Both the position numbers and the translations under genes were made by a program. Below the pieces are notes generated by a model. The model was given only the letters and a program-made list of their open reading frames with translations. It ran no database searches and was not told where the DNA came from. A stretch of 64,000 nt of DNA from an uncultured Nitrospiraceae bacterium (GTDB taxonomy: Bacteria > Nitrospirota > Thermodesulfovibrionia > Thermodesulfovibrionales > Dissulfurispiraceae): NCBI GenBank assembly GCA_963727805.1, contig CAVSHF010000003.1, forward strand, positions 2,397,327 through 2,461,326, in the 5' to 3' direction. Positions 1 to 10,335 of the stretch are shown here, piece after piece. The first letter of the stretch is position 1; every line of letters starts with the position of its first letter.

Positions 1-1
1 G

Positions 2-976
2 GGATACTGTCGAGTGTGCCCCGTATGCAATGGCGTTGCATGCGCAGGAGAAGTCCCGGGAATGGGGGGCGTGGGGACTGGGAGCGCCTTTGGGGGAAAT
101 CTGGAGGCCTTGGCGAAACGCCGCTTGAACATGAAGACTATCCATGATGTTAAGACCGCAGATACTTCGTTTCCCCTGTGGGGAGAGACGCTCGCCATGC
201 CGGTGCTGGGTGCTCCGTTGACGGGGGTTTCATACAACATGGGCGGACAGATGTCGGAATCGGAATTTTCTGAAATGCTCATTAGTGGGGCCCTCCTCGC
301 GGGGACTATCGGAATGATCGGCGACGGTGCAGATCCCGAGATGTACAACGGCGGGATAGCTGCGATTGCCAACCACATGGGTAAGGGTATCCCGATCATA
401 AAACCGAGGCAACAGAATGAGGTCATAAAGCGTATCCGTCAGGCCGAAGAAGCGGGGGCCATTGCAGTTGGTATCGACATCGACGGGGCTGGGCTCGTGA
501 CGATGGCGATGAAAGGGCAGCCTGTTGGACCAAAGACATTAAGAGAGCTTTCTGAAATTATCAAGGCTACACGGTTACCCTTTATCCTTAAAGGGATCAT
601 GACTCCGGTCGAAGCTGATCTAGCGGTCGAAGCAGGTGCGGCGGCGATCGTCGTCTCCAACCACGGAGGTAGGGTGCTAGATTACACCCCGGGCGTTGCC
701 GATGTCCTCTCCAAGATAGCTGATCATGTCAGGGGCAAAGTGGTAATCTTTGCTGATGGGGGAGTCAGGGCGGGCACCGATGTACTCAAACTACTTTCAT
801 TGGGCGCAGATGGGGTTTTAGTGGGAAGACCGCTTACGACCGGGGCCTTCGGCGGAGGGGGAGATGGCGTCGCGTTCTTGCTAAGAAAAATGATGAACGA
901 GCTGGTTCAGGCTATGCTTCTAACCGGAACCGCGGATATAAAGAATGTGAACCGGGACATTATCTATCAATACTAA
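2..976 (+). CDS. FMN-dependent alpha-hydroxy-acid oxidase/dehydrogenase family protein (5' end outside window)
   Basis: ILKGIMT, VSNHGGR, DGGVRAG and VGRP motifs; frame is open from the window edge (GYCRVCPVCNGVAC). Confidence 0.85.
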   Translation, partial: GYCRVCPVCNGVACAGEVPGMGGVGTGSAFGGNLEALAKRRLNMKTIHDVKTADTSFPLWGETLAMPVLGAPLTGVSYNMGGQMSESEFSEMLISGALLAGTIGMIGDGADPEMYNGGIAAIANHMGKGIPIIKPRQQNEVIKRIRQAEEAGAIAVGIDIDGAGLVTMAMKGQPVGPKTLRELSEIIKATRLPFILKGIMTPVEADLAVEAGAAAIVVSNHGGRVLDYTPGVADVLSKIADHVRGKVVIFADGGVRAGTDVLKLLSLGADGVLVGRPLTTGAFGGGGDGVAFLLRKMMNELVQAMLLTGTADIKNVNRDIIYQY

Positions 977-1454
977 GAAGGAGCCATGATAACATGTGTT
1001 TATAAAAGATGATATGCTTCAGGTCATGTTCTGTGGATTATGTCGTCACGCGATCTCATATGTTGAAAAAATAAAATGGAAGATATTGTCCCTTTAAAAA
1101 CCGAGAAAATCAGTGGTGTAATTTTAAATGCAGTCGATGGCTGATACGTGGACAGAGATTTATGAAAGTCCCAGGAGAAAGATATTTGAACCATTCTTTA
1201 CAATAAAATAAATGGGTAAATGGACTCGGGCTGGCGATGGTATAGGGATAATCAGACAGCACAACGGATTTGTCATGTCTATAGCGAGCCCGATAAAGGC
1301 ATGACATTCATGATATATACATCCCGTCAATGTAGCGAGAAGAGGATGAATCGGAACGGGGAAGCCGGTTTCAGTGAAAGGGAGAACGGAGACGATCCTG
1401 CTGGCAGAACACTAAACAGAAGTGTCCCGTTGAAGCTACCGGGATTGCGTAGCA

Positions 1455-2006
1455 TCACTTGATCCTCTTCGAGATCGCCTTGAACTCTTCGGTCCCCGCG
1501 ACTTTCAGCAATTGAAAAAGCACCGTTTCGGTGCAGGAGATGACTGCCCCCGCGTTGCGCATGTACTCAACTCCCGTATTCCAGTTCTCTTTTGTTCTTG
1601 AGCAGACAGCATCTTTTACAATATGAACGTTGAAACCCTCGTTCAGGAGATGGACGCATGTCTGGAGCACGCATACGTGTGTTTCCATGCCGGTCATGAT
1701 GATGGTTTTTCGCTTCAATGCACGGAGTTTGTTGACGAATCCCTGTTCGCCGCAGCAACTAAAACTGACTTTCTCAATGGGCTGATAATCGGGCACGGCT
1801 TTTTTGATAGCCTCGATGGTTCGGCCAAGACCTTTGGGATACTGTTCAGTAACGAGAACAGGCATTGCGATCATCTTTGCCAGCTCGATGAGGTGAAGGC
1901 AGTTTCCGATCACAGAATCTTTTACTCGCATGGCATTCACCAGCCGTTCCTGGATATCGATGATGATCAGAATAGATTCGTCGGTCGAGGGAAAGAACTT
2001 GTCCAT
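1455..2006 (-). CDS. Isochorismatase-like cysteine hydrolase
   Basis: IIDIQERL, TEQYPKGLG, EKVSFSC, GMETHVCV motifs; GGAGG RBS precedes ATG at 2006. Confidence 0.9.
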   Translation of the reverse strand: MDKFFPSTDESILIIIDIQERLVNAMRVKDSVIGNCLHLIELAKMIAMPVLVTEQYPKGLGRTIEAIKKAVPDYQPIEKVSFSCCGEQGFVNKLRALKRKTIIMTGMETHVCVLQTCVHLLNEGFNVHIVKDAVCSRTKENWNTGVEYMRNAGAVISCTETVLFQLLKVAGTEEFKAISKRIK

Positions 2007-2119
2007 GCAACCTCCAATAATCCGAAGTAATAGATCATTTAAACACATCTCAAGGATGTTTTCAATACGGACTTTTCCTAAGTGTCAATTTAGATATAAT
2101 CAAGGGTGGTGCCCACAGA

Positions 2120-2275
2120 GAGTATGCCATTGAAAGCGCCAAAACCCATTTATTGCGGCTCATCAGGCTCAAGGAGCAGATTGAGAAGGGGACAATCGAT
2201 ACGATCAATGGCTGTCAGCAATCGAGGGTCAGAACAACATTTCCCCTCAATATCGTCTACAGGCTTTTTCCCTGA
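2120..2275 (+). pseudogene. Remnant resembling the C-terminus of a GH57 (DUF1957) branching enzyme
   Basis: Reads EYAIESAKTHLLRLIRLKEQIEKGTID, then by frameshifts QWLSAIEGQNNI and IVYRLF; recognised by eye only. Confidence 0.35.
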
Positions 2276-2321
2276 CTAGGCATGGTCATGCATGGCGTAT
2301 TTCGGATTATATTTGGCAGAT

Positions 2322-2486
2322 AATAAAAAAGTGGTGCTTGCTTCCTTTCTCTACTCAGCGGTTTGCAACATCTTGAGACATTCGACATGAGACTCTTTGT
2401 GTCTGACATCTTACGTCCTGCGACTTTACAACCATTCGCTGAGTTCTGAAAGGAGCAAGACCACCACTTGGTGAGCGCATCCTCTT
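2322..2486 (-). ncRNA. Candidate stand-alone rod-shaped small RNA of unknown family
   Basis: Extended imperfect inverted repeat 2329-2469 ending in TTTTTT on the minus strand, just downstream of TTGACA-17-TATAAA. Confidence 0.55.
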
Positions 2487-2492
2487 AATTCA

Positions 2493-2521
2493 TTTATACA
2501 CCCATTTCGGGTCATTGTCAA
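2493..2521 (-). promoter_or_regulatory. Sigma70-type promoter
   Basis: TTGACA (2521-2516), 17-nt spacer, TATAAA (2498-2493). Confidence 0.7.
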
Positions 2522-2586
2522 GTTAATTTTTATGCAAACTTTTTAAAGGGAAAAGAACTCAGATTTAATCGACAAAATACCACAAT

Positions 2587-3255
2587 TTATCGCATATACC
2601 CGCTCACCAGTATATGCCTGTCGCTTATTTCTTTCACATCGAGGAATTCGATATTTTCTTCTCTGAGCTGAGATTTGATCTCTTCGAATTCGTATGCTGC
2701 AAGAAGAGAGTTAAAAAAATCGTTTTTTAAAATTTCCGGCTCGTTTTTTGAATAGACCTCGACCAGCTTGTGAGCTTCTTCAGGCGATCCAGGTCGTTTG
2801 AGGTCGACAATAAAGACTGGCGCACCCACGGTCGTGTAACGCTTTACCGTTTTCCAGAGCACATCTGGGGTCTTGAGATGATGAAGAAGGCTGTTGCTGA
2901 TTACGGTATCGTATTTCAAACGGGGTAGCGCGGCAGTGGGAAGAAAGCCATGAATCAGTTCAACTCGCCCTCTGATGTCTGGGGCGGCCGCTAAAAGCTC
3001 TCTCCCGCACCTGAGCATCGCTTCGGCCCCATCTATTCCATGGACCAGGCAGTCAGGATAGGCACGCGCAAAACGAAAGGCTATGTCCCCAGGGCCGCAG
3101 CCGAGGTCGAGGACATATCCGCTTATTCTCGTGGTTTCAAATGTCTTCTGAAAAAATCCTATAACCCGATTGTGAGGCTCGGTGAAATCGGCCTGCGTAT
3201 AAGCAATGGCCTGGGCAACATCGTTCATCAGTTCGGGTTCGGGGATGCGTTTCAT
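2587..3255 (-). CDS. Class I SAM-dependent methyltransferase
   Basis: VLDLGCGPG motif I, GIDGAEAML, VISNSLLHH. Confidence 0.88.
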   Translation of the reverse strand: MKRIPEPELMNDVAQAIAYTQADFTEPHNRVIGFFQKTFETTRISGYVLDLGCGPGDIAFRFARAYPDCLVHGIDGAEAMLRCGRELLAAAPDIRGRVELIHGFLPTAALPRLKYDTVISNSLLHHLKTPDVLWKTVKRYTTVGAPVFIVDLKRPGSPEEAHKLVEVYSKNEPEILKNDFFNSLLAAYEFEEIKSQLREENIEFLDVKEISDRHILVSGYMR

Positions 3256-3264
3256 AAAATAGTA

Positions 3265-3641
3265 TCAACTCCACTTCTTATCAATTTTGAGGATATGGTT
3301 CTTAAGCCAATTTGCTAGAAAGTTTAGCAGTTCATCGCAGGTGTCTTCCTTGTTACCCTGTTGAATATTGACGAGATGAAAAATCTTGTCTATAAATATC
3401 AGATGCTCGTCTTAGTGCTGATTGTATTCCATATAATGACACTTTCCCATAGCTTTTTCCTCCGCAAAAAATGATAGAGGCTATAGTTTGAGAGCTCAGC
3501 CAGGGCTTCCCGTGTGACTTTCCGGGCGTCACCGGTTTTCAAAAAGGCATCAAGTCTGTTGATGAGATCGATGATAGGTTTGTGGTGTGGATCGAACTCT
3601 TCTATTTCGACAGACATGTCATTCTTCTATTCAATCATCAT
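3265..3641 (-). pseudogene. Bacteriohemerythrin pseudogene
   Basis: MMIE*KNDMSVEIEEFDPHHK...YHF, frameshift, AEEKAM...QH*DEH...NWLKNHILKIDKK; hemerythrin H/E/D pattern with two stops and one frameshift. Confidence 0.8.
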
Positions 3642-3867
3642 TCAAGAGTGCCACAGTTCCTTTAATTATTCTGCTAAAAGCATAGTTTATCATCCGTGTT
3701 CTGTCAACTCCTGATTCTTCTTTCAGTCTCCTTTCTGCCCTAAGGTGTGGTATGTGCTGGCCTCTGTGATCGCATTTGTATTTTTACAGGCTGGTGGTAA
3801 AATGATATTTAGTTTAAAATCCACGGAAGCATGCCGATTCCTTCGGCATTAAAGAAAGAGAGAGGCC

Positions 3868-5256
3868 ATGATCTTTAAGCAATTTCATGATGAAAGTTTG
3901 GGCCATGCATCATATTTCATTGGATCAGAGACGACCGGGGAAGCCCTTGTACTCGATACGAGAAGAGATGTCGATATCTATTTCACTGAGGCCCGCAATC
4001 AGGGGATGCGCATCAGATATGCCGCTGATACCCACCAGCACAACGATTATATATCGGGCATACTCGAGATTTCTGTTCGTGCTGACGTCCAGCTCCTGGC
4101 GGGTGACCGAGCAGTGGTCGGATATAATGTGCTGAGGTTAAACGAGGGTAACAGGCTCACGATGGGTGAGGTGGTGTTCGAAGTGCTCCATACGCCCGGA
4201 CACACTCCAGAACATATCTGTCTCCTTGTGAAGGACCTTTCCCGGGGAGAAGAGCCTGTTCTGATTTTATCAGGTGGATGTCTGCTTGTGGGCGATGTCG
4301 GGAGACCCGATCTTCTTGGAGGGAACGAGGCAGCCGAGGCCAATGCACGAGATCTTTATCGCTCGCTACAGGAAAAGATTTTGAAGCTCCCCGATCATGT
4401 AGAAATCTATCCAACGCATGTGGCCGGCTCGCTCTGCGGAGGGAGCATCGGGAGTCGCCTTTCTACGACCGTTGGTTACGAGCGGAGGGTGAATAGATGG
4501 CTTAAAGATGGGGATATGGGGAGGTTTGTCAAGAAATGCACTGAGACAGAGAATCTTCCCGCTATGCCGCCTTACTGGAAGCATATGAGGACAATCAATC
4601 AGGAAGGACCGCCTGTCTTAGGCACTCTCGGGGAGCCTCTGGCGTTAGACGTTAGCGCATTCGATCGTCTCCGAAAAGAAGGAATATTTGTTCTCGACTG
4701 CCGATCACCTGAGGCATTCTCCGCCCACATACCCGAAGCTCTTAACGCTGGTGCCGGACCGAGTTTTCCGACCTGGGCTGGCACCGTCCTCCCTTTTGGG
4801 AAGCCTTATGTCCTTGTGCTGGAGGATGCGCAACAAGTATGGAATATATGCTGGCATATGCTTAGCATCGGTTATGATCTGCCGAAAGGGTGGCTTGCTG
4901 GGGGGATGATGGCATGGCGCCATGCAGGCATGGAACTTGAAATGATGCCTCTGTGGACGGTTTGGCGCCTGAAAGATGAGCTGCAGCGGAGAAAAGATCT
5001 TCTTGTACTTGACGTGCGTCAGCCGCGAGAATGGGCCTCTGGTCATATCGAAGGGGCCTGTCATATTACCGGGGCTGAGATAACGGAGCGAATTGTAGAT
5101 ATCCCCCATGACAGACCCGTAGCTGTCATATGCGGAAGCGGTTACAGATCCTCTGCGGTTGCAAGCATACTTAAGAATAAAGGGTACAGTGAAATCTCCA
5201 GTGTCATCGGAGGAATGGGGGCCTGGAAAAGAGCTGGATTTGAGATTGTGAGGTAG
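3868..5256 (+). CDS. MBL-fold metallo-hydrolase (persulfide dioxygenase-like) fused to two rhodanese domains
   Basis: DTHQHNDY, HTPGHTPEH, GDVGRPDL, GSLCG; C-terminal rhodanese DVRQPREW..GHI..CGSGYRS. Confidence 0.88.
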   Translation: MIFKQFHDESLGHASYFIGSETTGEALVLDTRRDVDIYFTEARNQGMRIRYAADTHQHNDYISGILEISVRADVQLLAGDRAVVGYNVLRLNEGNRLTMGEVVFEVLHTPGHTPEHICLLVKDLSRGEEPVLILSGGCLLVGDVGRPDLLGGNEAAEANARDLYRSLQEKILKLPDHVEIYPTHVAGSLCGGSIGSRLSTTVGYERRVNRWLKDGDMGRFVKKCTETENLPAMPPYWKHMRTINQEGPPVLGTLGEPLALDVSAFDRLRKEGIFVLDCRSPEAFSAHIPEALNAGAGPSFPTWAGTVLPFGKPYVLVLEDAQQVWNICWHMLSIGYDLPKGWLAGGMMAWRHAGMELEMMPLWTVWRLKDELQRRKDLLVLDVRQPREWASGHIEGACHITGAEITERIVDIPHDRPVAVICGSGYRSSAVASILKNKGYSEISSVIGGMGAWKRAGFEIVR

Positions 5257-5268
5257 TGACCTGATCGT

Positions 5269-6060
5269 ATGCTCAAGTATGTATTACTGAGAACGGGAAT
5301 TAAGCTTCACTATGCAGAAAAGGGTTATTGGTCCGGAGAGCCTGTTGTTTTATTGCATGGCTACGCCGACTCATGGCAATCGTTTGCACCTATGTTATCA
5401 GAGTTCTCATCTTCCTTCCGAACATTCTCTCTAGATCTCAGAGGCCACGGTAACTCTGATAAACCTGCAGGTGGGTATAAGTTGGATGACTTTGTGGCGG
5501 ATTTAGCCGCGTTCATGGATTCTATGAGCTTAGAAAGGGCCAACATTGTCGGGCATTCATTAGGCAGTTTTATCGCACAGTTGTTTGCCGCGTGTCATCC
5601 TGATCGCATCAGGCGACTCCTTCTTGTCAGTTCGGCCCCGTCAGCAACGCGTAATGCCGTTCTTCAAAGCCTAAAGACGGAGGTTGATGCACTTAGCGAC
5701 CCCATTGACAAAGCCTTTGTCGTGACATTTCAGGAACCTTCAGCGCCTATTGCGCAAGACTTTATGGATAGGATCATTTCGGAGAGTATGAAAGTACCCG
5801 CGCATGTTTGGCAAAATACTCTTTCAGGCCTGCTGCAAGCTGATAATAGTTCTATCCTTGGTTGCATAAAAGCTCCAACCTTCATTGCCTGGGGTTGCAA
5901 GGATGCAATATTCACGCGTGAGGACCAGAACAAGCTTATTGCGAAAATTCCTCATGCTCTATTGAGAGAGTACGATGCTGGTCACGCCATTCACTGGGAA
6001 AAGCCAAAGGAACTTGCTTTGGATATGATTAAATTCATGACCCGACCGTTTTCAACATAG
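5269..6060 (+). CDS. Alpha/beta hydrolase
   Basis: LLHGY, DLRGHG, GHSLG nucleophile elbow, AGHAIH. Confidence 0.88.
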   Translation: MLKYVLLRTGIKLHYAEKGYWSGEPVVLLHGYADSWQSFAPMLSEFSSSFRTFSLDLRGHGNSDKPAGGYKLDDFVADLAAFMDSMSLERANIVGHSLGSFIAQLFAACHPDRIRRLLLVSSAPSATRNAVLQSLKTEVDALSDPIDKAFVVTFQEPSAPIAQDFMDRIISESMKVPAHVWQNTLSGLLQADNSSILGCIKAPTFIAWGCKDAIFTREDQNKLIAKIPHALLREYDAGHAIHWEKPKELALDMIKFMTRPFST

Positions 6061-6440
6061 TCAGAAGCCGCCCCTTTAACCTTCAGTGAATTAGTAACCT
6101 TCAATAAGATCGTCGACAAACGTTATCAGGCTAGCGTTGTAAAACGCGGGCTTAAATAAGGTATCCGTTTAATCTCCCAATTTTGCTTCTCATATGCATC
6201 CTCAATATTGTATATTTCACTTGTAAATGTGCGAGGGTATATTTAAGGCTATGATAAAATTACATACAATAGTTGCGGGTTAATTTTATGACAATATTCT
6301 TTTGAGGCCCAATAGACCAATAATGAGTACTACGGGAAACATAAACAGGATGCGAATTAATAATAAAGGATTTGTAGGTATCATAAGTTTCTTGTCACGC
6401 AATCATTGTTAAAAAATATTATCGGGGAAATTCAGCACAA

Positions 6441-7739
6441 ATGAACAATTCCAATGTAGAAGCAGCCGCAAAACGCAAAGCGTATATAAACATCATGCTG
6501 CCACTTTTTCTTACCTCGGTCATCGCATATCTCGACCGCGTCAATATTGGCTATGCGGCACTAACCATGAACAAGGACCTTGGCCTTACAGCGGAAAAGT
6601 TCGGTATGGGAGCAGGCATTTTCTTTGCCGGTTACATATTGTTTGAGGTACCCGGGGCTTTGATAGCTGAAAAGTATAGCCCCAAAATCTGGCTGGCGCG
6701 AATCATGTTCACTTGGGGATTGGTATCAGGATCGATGGCTTTTATGACTAACGAATGGCATTTCTATATCGCTCGATTTCTCCTGGGTGCATCGGAGGCT
6801 AGTCTTTATCCGGTTATCTATGCCTCTTGCATCCCACGTTGGTTTAGCGCTAAGGATCGGGCGAGGGCGCTTGCCCTACTGCTGACTTCGCTGCAGATTT
6901 CAGGCATTTTCGGTGGACCGCTGGCAGGGTGGTTGCTCGACGTGCCACTGTATGGATTTAAAGGCTGGCAAGGCTTGTTTATTCTTGAGTCCATTCCGGC
7001 AATCTTTTTCGCATTTGTTATTATCTTTTGGATGGAGGACCGGCCGAGTGAAGCTAGGTGGTTAACAGCAGACGAGAAACAATACCTCACCGAACGGTAT
7101 GAAAAAGAGGTTGCCACAAAACAAGCGGTTAAACACTATACGGTTTGGAAAGCGTTTAAAGAGCCGGAAGTTCTTAAACTTTGCACCGCCTATTTCTTGT
7201 GGATTACCGGATTTTGGGGATTCAACTACTGGATGCCACAAGTGCTTAAAGCCTCATCAGGTTGGTCCAACCTGGCGATCGGCTGGATGATGGCCATACC
7301 GATGACTATTTCACTCTTTACGATGTTGTATATCGGGCATTCTTCCTCGAAAAGGGGGGAAAAGCGGTGGCATGGCGCGATTGGTTTGTTTATCGGCGCA
7401 ATCGGTATGGGCGTGGGAGTCTTTATCAAAGAGCCTTCTATGGCATTTTTCTTTGTGATTTTAGCGGCAATTGGCACCTATGCGCCCTTTGGCGTATGGT
7501 GGTCTTACCCGACAACGTTCCTGTCGGGGACTGCTGCTGCCGGTGCTATCGGGCTTATAAACTCCTGTGGTAATGTTGGCGGATTTGTAGGTCCTTATCT
7601 GACTGGCTGGATGAAGCAGGCTACTGGATCGTTCGAAGGTGCCTGGGTATACCTCGCGATTTCATTGACGATATCCGGACTGATTATACTAACCTTTAAA
7701 AAGAATCCTCCTGGTGATGGAGTAGCACCTTACAATTAA
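6441..7739 (+). CDS. MFS transporter, anion:cation symporter (TtuB/tartrate-like) family
   Basis: AYLDRVNIGYA, GIFFAGYILFEVP, ARFLLGASEA, INSCGNVGGFVGP; about 12 hydrophobic segments. Confidence 0.9.
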   Translation: MNNSNVEAAAKRKAYINIMLPLFLTSVIAYLDRVNIGYAALTMNKDLGLTAEKFGMGAGIFFAGYILFEVPGALIAEKYSPKIWLARIMFTWGLVSGSMAFMTNEWHFYIARFLLGASEASLYPVIYASCIPRWFSAKDRARALALLLTSLQISGIFGGPLAGWLLDVPLYGFKGWQGLFILESIPAIFFAFVIIFWMEDRPSEARWLTADEKQYLTERYEKEVATKQAVKHYTVWKAFKEPEVLKLCTAYFLWITGFWGFNYWMPQVLKASSGWSNLAIGWMMAIPMTISLFTMLYIGHSSSKRGEKRWHGAIGLFIGAIGMGVGVFIKEPSMAFFFVILAAIGTYAPFGVWWSYPTTFLSGTAAAGAIGLINSCGNVGGFVGPYLTGWMKQATGSFEGAWVYLAISLTISGLIILTFKKNPPGDGVAPYN

Positions 7740-8626
7740 GCGTGAATAGCAACATTCATAACCATAACTTTTTAAAAGGTGACCAGAATAACTATTCTGG
7801 GACGTAGAAGGTGAATTTGCGAAGTCCTGAAACGCGTGAAGACTGCGGGGCATCTTCCAAATGCTCACTTGGTATATTTCGTAGTTAATAAGCGTCTCGT
7901 TCGAAAACAATCACTTGCGCAGACTCACTGCGATTGGTAAATGCTGGATGTTCATCAGATGCAACTGAACAAGGAAAAGGACTGGGAGATGAAGGTCATG
8001 AAAACAAGAGACGTGTTTACTATGCAGTTGACGACGGCCAACCCGGTGGATTTTAACCGCATGCGTGGACTTGGGTATATAGGTGCCATGGCATTGGGAG
8101 AGAATCACCAAATTCATCGTTGAGGACTGGGAGGAGTGAAAATACGCAGCATGAGGTTGGCCGCTTAATATAAAACTGGAACAGATAACATCAGTAATGT
8201 TGAAGAGGGATTTTAGCGACGGCTCGAAAAAATATTCCTGGGGATGGAAAATGCATTCGAAACAACCTGTCCAAAGCGTGGGAGCAAGTGTTGTGTTATT
8301 CTAATAGATATTTTCTTGATCGTAATGGTAGCCAGCGTTTCGCATAATGACCGAGTTTGTCCGGTAATTTCACCAATTGTTCTCGACATATTTTCTGCGC
8401 CAGATCTTCTTTATTTATATGGAACAACTGCTAGAAAGTTGTGGCAGAGTTATTGCATATAATTTGTCAGGTAAATGCATCGCAATCAGTTGGATTAATA
8501 TTACAGTCTTTATAAGGCAAGACAAGGATGAGGAATAATCGTCTTAAAGTATCGGAAAAGGCACTGGCGTGGCCAAGAAAATATTTCATCTCTTCCGGCC
8601 CAAGCTGATACATTCATTCCACAATT

Positions 8627-8941
8627 ATGAGTGATATTCTAACGAAAATAATCTTACTCATCGGACTTATTATCATACTTATCCCCTTCACATATCTATG
8701 GCACTTCTTCATAGAGCATCTTCCGCAGAAATATGGATATTTTAAATTTGTCCTGATGGTGATTTGTTATTTATCGATAATGGCGATGAGCACGTTTCTC
8801 ATATCCGAAGGGATGATTGGCTTGATAATATTCTTTACAATACCAATTCTAATGCTGCTTATCGGCGCTTTGTTTTTCAAAGACGAAATAAAGCATGAAT
8901 TAAAATGGGAGCTGAAGGGACTCATCAATAATAACGATTGA
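8627..8941 (+). CDS. Hypothetical small membrane protein
   Basis: 104-aa AT-rich ORF with about three hydrophobic segments. Confidence 0.5.
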   Translation: MSDILTKIILLIGLIIILIPFTYLWHFFIEHLPQKYGYFKFVLMVICYLSIMAMSTFLISEGMIGLIIFFTIPILMLLIGALFFKDEIKHELKWELKGLINNND

Positions 8942-9645
8942 TCACGTCATCGATATCATAATATATAAAAATCAGAACCTTCCCTATCAGTCATTGTCAG
9001 AAAAAGTAATGATTTGGCCTGGCATCTTGATTCGTCAGAACTAAACCGTCAGAACATATTTTTTCTGGAACCCATTAGGTCACCTGCACTACTAGATTCG
9101 GAGGATTTCAATCGGCTAATGGATAATCCTGAATTCCGGCAAATGCTCGTCGGGGCAAAGACCTATCCTCTTTTGAGGGACGTGATTTATAGCATTGCAA
9201 GAGTTGATTCACTGCTGTAAGCACCGCCAACAATAAATAGCAACAGGTAAGTCTGATCCTATCCCTCTAGCCTTATTCGTTGATCCCGAGTATGTTGTCT
9301 CATGGGAAAATGGTTTTCATCAACTATCTCTCACTTTATTCATCCCATGAAGAGATTTTCAACGTCTGTTAGAGCATGTGAGGAGCTTTCTCAAACTTAT
9401 AGCGACCTTTGAGTTATGTCATTTACGTATTTGTCCACTCAGTCCTTAGAACTTTTCTAATTGTCGCCGGTTCATCAATCTTTTTCATTCCTCTGCACAA
9501 TATAACGGCATATAAAAAACTATCTGGCAACCGCAAAGTTTTTGCCTTCAAGTGTCTACTGTCGACGGCAATGCGTTGTAACCTCTTACGGATCATTTCC
9601 GTCTTTAGTTTATATGGGGCATTTAATTTTAAAGGAGGGAGTGCA

Positions 9646-10188
9646 ATGAGAGGGATTAGACGTTTTTCGGTGTTGGCTGCAGCCGTTTCGCTCGCTATGT
9701 TGCTTGGAGGAAGCATGGGGTCCAATGTGTATGCGGAAAGTGGACATAACGGCAACCAGAAGCAGTTTATGAATAAAGAGAAGGCCGAGCACGGTAAACA
9801 GGGGAGGCACTGCGGGCATCACAAATGGGACCTGTTTAAGGGGCTCAACCTTAACGCAGCTCAAAAAGAACAGATCAAAGGCATCATGAAGGGGCATCAC
9901 AAAGAGTTCATCGAGGGCAAGATTGCAGTTCTGCAGGCAAAACAGAATCTGATGACGGCAACGACCAGCGCCACATTTGCTCAAACGGCTGTGCAGAGGG
10001 CATTCGGCGATGTTTCAGCGGCACAGGAGAAGACGATAATTTTACGCGCAAAAGTCTTCAGTGAGGTGATGCCGATATTAACGCCTGACCAGAAGGCTGT
10101 AGTGTCTGGCCGGCTAGCGAAGTCCAAGCTTCGCATGCAAAAGGTCATCTCAAAGCTTGAATCAAAGCTAAAATCACCGACTGAATAA
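9646..10188 (+). CDS. Spy/CpxP-family periplasmic protein
   Basis: Signal peptide after AAGGAGG RBS; LNAAQKEQI and ILTPDQK LTxxQ motifs. Confidence 0.8.
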   Translation: MRGIRRFSVLAAAVSLAMLLGGSMGSNVYAESGHNGNQKQFMNKEKAEHGKQGRHCGHHKWDLFKGLNLNAAQKEQIKGIMKGHHKEFIEGKIAVLQAKQNLMTATTSATFAQTAVQRAFGDVSAAQEKTIILRAKVFSEVMPILTPDQKAVVSGRLAKSKLRMQKVISKLESKLKSPTE

Positions 10189-10335
10189 CCCACAGCCATT
10201 GAGTATGCCGGGGGAATAAGGTCACAACAAGGGGATGTCAGATACAACCATCCCCTTGTACTCAATATCGTCTGGTAGCTTGCAAGGATCATAAAAGGCA
10301 TGGAAATGAAAGGAGCTGAAGGATCATAAACGCAG

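Noticed and set aside
987..1066. GAAGGAG-preceded mini-ORF with an internal TGA as another selenoprotein
   Set aside because: No recognisable family, no SECIS-like hairpin, and a second stop follows quickly
2355..2480. 41-codon minus-strand ORF (MRSPSGG...) within the rod RNA
   Set aside because: AGAGG abuts the ATG with no spacer and the peptide is neither hydrophobic nor recognisable; not excluded but unsupported
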